From a virus (Duplodnaviria > Heunggongvirae > Uroviricota > Caudoviricetes): DNA of 64,000 nt. The stretch spans positions 163,384-227,383 of IMG/VR virus record IMGVR_UViG_3300028888_000051; one strand, written 5' to 3'. How positions within the stretch are numbered: position 1 is the stretch's first letter; each line of letters opens with the position of its first letter. The notes under the pieces are model-generated. The model was not told the DNA's origin. It did not search any database and worked only from the letters and a program-made list of their open reading frames with translations. Positions 61,060-64,000 of the stretch are shown here, piece after piece. Made by a program: the position numbers and the translations under genes.

Positions 61060-64000
61060 ATGGAAAATATTATAAAGAATAGAAGTAAAGATGAATATAT
61101 TTGTACACTTGGTCCAAAATTATTATTAATTGCACTTAAACCTTTAGATAATGATAAAAAAGAAATATTTGATTCAATACAAGGTATTGAATATTTGAGT
61201 AATTGTTTCAAAAGTAAGTTTAAATCCGCAGAAACTCATGTTACATATTTATTAGATACTGATTCTAATTCTAATTTATTTCAAAATGGTTTTTATGATA
61301 TATTCAATTATTACAATAAAAAAGGTACTTTTGATCCTAAACAATTTATGATAGGATTTATAGGTCAAAAGTCTTTTGATGAATTCAAATATAAGTCTGA
61401 CTCCCTTGTATTTGATGGGGTATATAGTGTAGGGCTTCGTGAAATTACTTCAAGCATAAGAATTTATATATCTGGAATTAATGGAAATAAAGATTTTTAT
61501 GCTCCCTACATTATATTACCTGATGTAACTGAAGATTTTTCTAAAACTAATGTTTTATTAGATAATACAAAAATAGCCCAATCTATAACTACTTCACCAT
61601 ATAGTACAACAAAAGAAGTAATTGATCATTTTAAATTATTAATTGAAAAATATAATGCAGGTGATATAAAAGGGTTTAGATTTAATTCAAAAATAAATTT
61701 TGATTTACCTAAACCGAAAACCGAATATTTCAAAGTATATGATTATGGTACAACACATGAATTAGTTTATTGTCCTTCTGATATTATTTGTGAAAATGAT
61801 ACTTTAGAATTAAAAAATGAATTTAAAAAAAGTTTAATTGAATTATTTAAAACTGTACCAATTTGTGGAGATGATATAGAAAAAACACTTAGTTTATATA
61901 AATTTCCTGGACATGAACAAATAAAAATTGTTGAAGAAAAAGATATTATTCCTGATCCATATGAAATTATATTAGATAGACCTTATTTTAAAATCGTAGG
62001 AAGCAGAAATGGTACTCCTTCTAATTGGTATACTAAATGGAGAAATGAAGTATTCTATGGCTTAAATTTAGACAAAAAAACAATAAAGCGCGAAGGATAT
62101 GACGATAGTTTAAAATATGAATGGATTTATGATATAGAGGTTTTTAAAAATGATTGGCTGTTTGTTGCAAAATCAATAGATGGCGAAAGTAAAGTTGTTT
62201 GCTGGAATGATCCTATAAATTTAGCTAAATGGATTAAAAATAAAATTTTGATTGGTTTTAATAATGCTGGATATGATGATGCTGTTATTCATCATGCATT
62301 AGTTTATCCATATGCTGTAAAGGGTGCTTTAACAGTTAAAGAATTTTCTGATTTAATGATTTATGATGAATTAGATAATGTAAAAAGACGTCCTGAAATA
62401 AGAGAAGAATTTAAAAATCAAAGATTAGTTTTTGATCCTCCATTTTTGTCATGGGATTTAAGTTTTCATATGCCATTTGATATTAGACGTAATTCATTAA
62501 AAAAACTTACAATGTCTATACTCAATAAACGGAATTATGATTCAAATGTACCATTTGATACTCCTAGACCACTAACTAAAGAAGAGCGTAAAGAAGTAGA
62601 AAAGTATTGCGAAATGGACGTTGATAACACTCGTGATTTATTTTTACCAGATCCAGAAGATGTTAAGAAAAAAGAAGAAAATCCAAAATATAAAATGAGA
62701 GAATTTGCAAGAGATTCTTATGATATTAAATGGAATTTGATTGTTGAATATAAAATGACTGCAAAAACTCTTATTACAAAATCTTCATCTTTTGCTGGAA
62801 AAGTGTTATGTGGAGAAGACGCTAAACCAAATCTTCAAAATACCTTTAAGCTAGTAGATGGCAAAAGACAATATTATCTTATTCCAGAAATGGCATATAA
62901 AGAATTAGAAGGAACACCTGTTTTAAATTTTTATATTAAACATCAAAGTAATCCAGATTATATAAAAGAAAAATTTGAATATTATATGGGAGGAAATGAT
63001 GAAAGTCATAAATATCAATTTGGTTTTGGTGGACTTCATCAAGCTTTAGTTAATTTTGGATCTACTAATCTTTGTAATTTTGATGTAGCTAGCTTATATC
63101 CATCATTACTTATTCAATATAATCTAATGTCACGAGGTGCAGAAAAAAATCCAGATTCTTATAAAGAAGTGTATCATACACGTATAGCAGCTAAACATGA
63201 AGGTAAAACATTATTAAATCTTGGTTTAAAATTAGTATTAAATGGTGCTATAGGAGCAATGTTAAGTAACTATAATCCATTATATGATACTTGGTCTAAT
63301 TCGAGCATTTGTGTACATGGACAATTACTTTTATTTATTCTTTGCAAGCGTCTTTATGAAGCAGGATTTAATATTGTTCAAACTAATACAGATGGTATTA
63401 TGGTAGAGCGTAGAGAAGATATAGACTTTATGCCAATTTGTAAAAAATGGGAAGAAGAAACAAGACTTGTTCTCGAATATGATGACATTGCGATTTTACA
63501 ACAAAATAATGTTAACAACTATTATTGTCAATTTACAAATGGAAAGGTTAAGTCTAAAGGTTTTTATTTATCAAATGAAAAATATGGTAAAGCAACAAGT
63601 ATTATTCTTTGTAATATGGTAACAGGTAAACCATTATTAGAAGGAACAGAACCTAGAGACTATGTAATTTATAAACGTCATAGTATTGGTGAAATTTATG
63701 ATGGAAAAACTAATCAAAAATTAGAAGGTCGTAGTTTAGCATTTGTTGTTGGTTATCCAGAAGATTCTAGAACACAATCTTATTATAGTCGTAGTCGTAA
63801 TGAAAGAGAAGTAGTTAAAAAAGATGAAAATGGAAAAGCTATAGTAGATGAAAATGGAAATAATGTAATGGAAACAATAAATAGTATTTCTAAAATTAAT
63901 GGTTTTACTGAACATATGCTTTTGGTAGATGATACAAATACATTAACTTTTGATGAAATTAACACAAAAGAATATATAAATTTTGCTAAAAACTTACTTG
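61060..64000 (+). CDS. polB: family-B DNA polymerase with a roughly 345-aa extra N-terminal region (3'-truncated by the window edge; absent from the ORF track)
   Basis: Hand translation from ATG 61060 (RBS AAAGGAG) stays open to 64000. ExoI YDIEVF (codons 357-362), ExoII GFNNAGYDD, ExoIII YCEMDVDNT, motif A DVASLYPS, motif B KLVLNGAIGAM, motif C QTNTDGIMV. Confidence 0.85.
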   Translation, partial: MENIIKNRSKDEYICTLGPKLLLIALKPLDNDKKEIFDSIQGIEYLSNCFKSKFKSAETHVTYLLDTDSNSNLFQNGFYDIFNYYNKKGTFDPKQFMIGFIGQKSFDEFKYKSDSLVFDGVYSVGLREITSSIRIYISGINGNKDFYAPYIILPDVTEDFSKTNVLLDNTKIAQSITTSPYSTTKEVIDHFKLLIEKYNAGDIKGFRFNSKINFDLPKPKTEYFKVYDYGTTHELVYCPSDIICENDTLELKNEFKKSLIELFKTVPICGDDIEKTLSLYKFPGHEQIKIVEEKDIIPDPYEIILDRPYFKIVGSRNGTPSNWYTKWRNEVFYGLNLDKKTIKREGYDDSLKYEWIYDIEVFKNDWLFVAKSIDGESKVVCWNDPINLAKWIKNKILIGFNNAGYDDAVIHHALVYPYAVKGALTVKEFSDLMIYDELDNVKRRPEIREEFKNQRLVFDPPFLSWDLSFHMPFDIRRNSLKKLTMSILNKRNYDSNVPFDTPRPLTKEERKEVEKYCEMDVDNTRDLFLPDPEDVKKKEENPKYKMREFARDSYDIKWNLIVEYKMTAKTLITKSSSFAGKVLCGEDAKPNLQNTFKLVDGKRQYYLIPEMAYKELEGTPVLNFYIKHQSNPDYIKEKFEYYMGGNDESHKYQFGFGGLHQALVNFGSTNLCNFDVASLYPSLLIQYNLMSRGAEKNPDSYKEVYHTRIAAKHEGKTLLNLGLKLVLNGAIGAMLSNYNPLYDTWSNSSICVHGQLLLFILCKRLYEAGFNIVQTNTDGIMVERREDIDFMPICKKWEEETRLVLEYDDIAILQQNNVNNYYCQFTNGKVKSKGFYLSNEKYGKATSIILCNMVTGKPLLEGTEPRDYVIYKRHSIGEIYDGKTNQKLEGRSLAFVVGYPEDSRTQSYYSRSRNEREVVKKDENGKAIVDENGNNVMETINSISKINGFTEHMLLVDDTNTLTFDEINTKEYINFAKNLL

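Noticed and set aside
1273-63965. Thirty short track ORFs lying inside or antisense to longer genes: 1273..1467, 2997..3260, 4376..4672, 5189..5485, 11546..11785, 12355..12555, 12947..13129, 13359..13544, 13771..13959, 14925..15134, 18140..18565, 18624..18962, 19830..20027, 19843..20034, 25244..25432, 30737..30931, 32155..32340, 33581..33811, 34665..34955, 34949..35275, 39448..39693, 41475..41666, 42820..43149, 43964..44182, 48016..48207, 49461..49787, 52490..52681, 55191..55484, 57986..58177, 63783..63965
   Set aside because: Each overlaps a longer ORF that has recognisable motifs or operon context. Their products are Phe/Ile/Leu/Ser-rich low-complexity strings typical of shadow frames in AT-rich DNA, and none has a convincing RBS.
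1-64000. Prophage or integrative element features (integrase, att sites, repressor module)
   Set aside because: No tyrosine or serine recombinase motifs and no flanking bacterial housekeeping genes were seen. The gene content is that of a virulent T4-like phage.

Overview
This window is a very AT-rich segment (roughly three quarters A+T by eye) of a large virulent tailed-phage genome. No rRNA, tRNA, CRISPR array or integrase was recognised.

T4-type core genes:
- gp21-like prohead protease, here as a giant fusion, followed by a gp22-like scaffold protein
- gp32-like SSB
- gp46/gp47-like Rad50/Mre11 nuclease
- gp19-like tail tube
- large terminase interrupted by an intein

Non-T4 features:
- a bacterial-type RecA
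- a GapR (DUF2312)-like protein
- a family-B polymerase with a long extra N-terminal domain; this ORF runs off the 3' edge and is absent from the ORF track
- ClpP and a prohibitin-like SPFH lipoprotein
- glyA, folA and tdk
- a QueC-like PP-loop enzyme

Layout:
- 0-5 kb: unknown genes
- 5-12 kb: recombination and replication genes
- 12-20 kb: tail fibre, head maturation and lysis genes
- 21.7-28.7 kb: radical-SAM locus
- 30.4-36.2 kb: multi-fibre cassette with a G+C-richer sub-block
- 36.2-48 kb: one long minus-strand transcription unit, from tiny early-type ORFs through the QueC-like gene, glyA and ClpP to SPFH
- 48.4-51.2 kb: small plus-strand genes
- 51.2-64 kb: terminase, tail tube, homing-endonuclease-like gene, recA, gapR and polB

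The best candidate for an undescribed system is the locus at 21.7-28.7 kb. It holds four tandem, translationally coupled radical-SAM paralogues. Divergent from them is an operon with two paralogous proteins that differ in their tails (a Ser/Cys tail versus a Thr-rich tail) and a class-V-aminotransferase-like protein. A fifth, Cys-less family member lies at 3.3-4.2 kb.

A recurrent GTTCTA(A/T)A box, and a TGGAAA-N31-TTCTA arrangement upstream of replication genes, look like phage-specific promoters.

All function calls rest on motif recognition by eye. Coordinates not taken from the ORF track are hand-counted and may be off by 1-2 nt.
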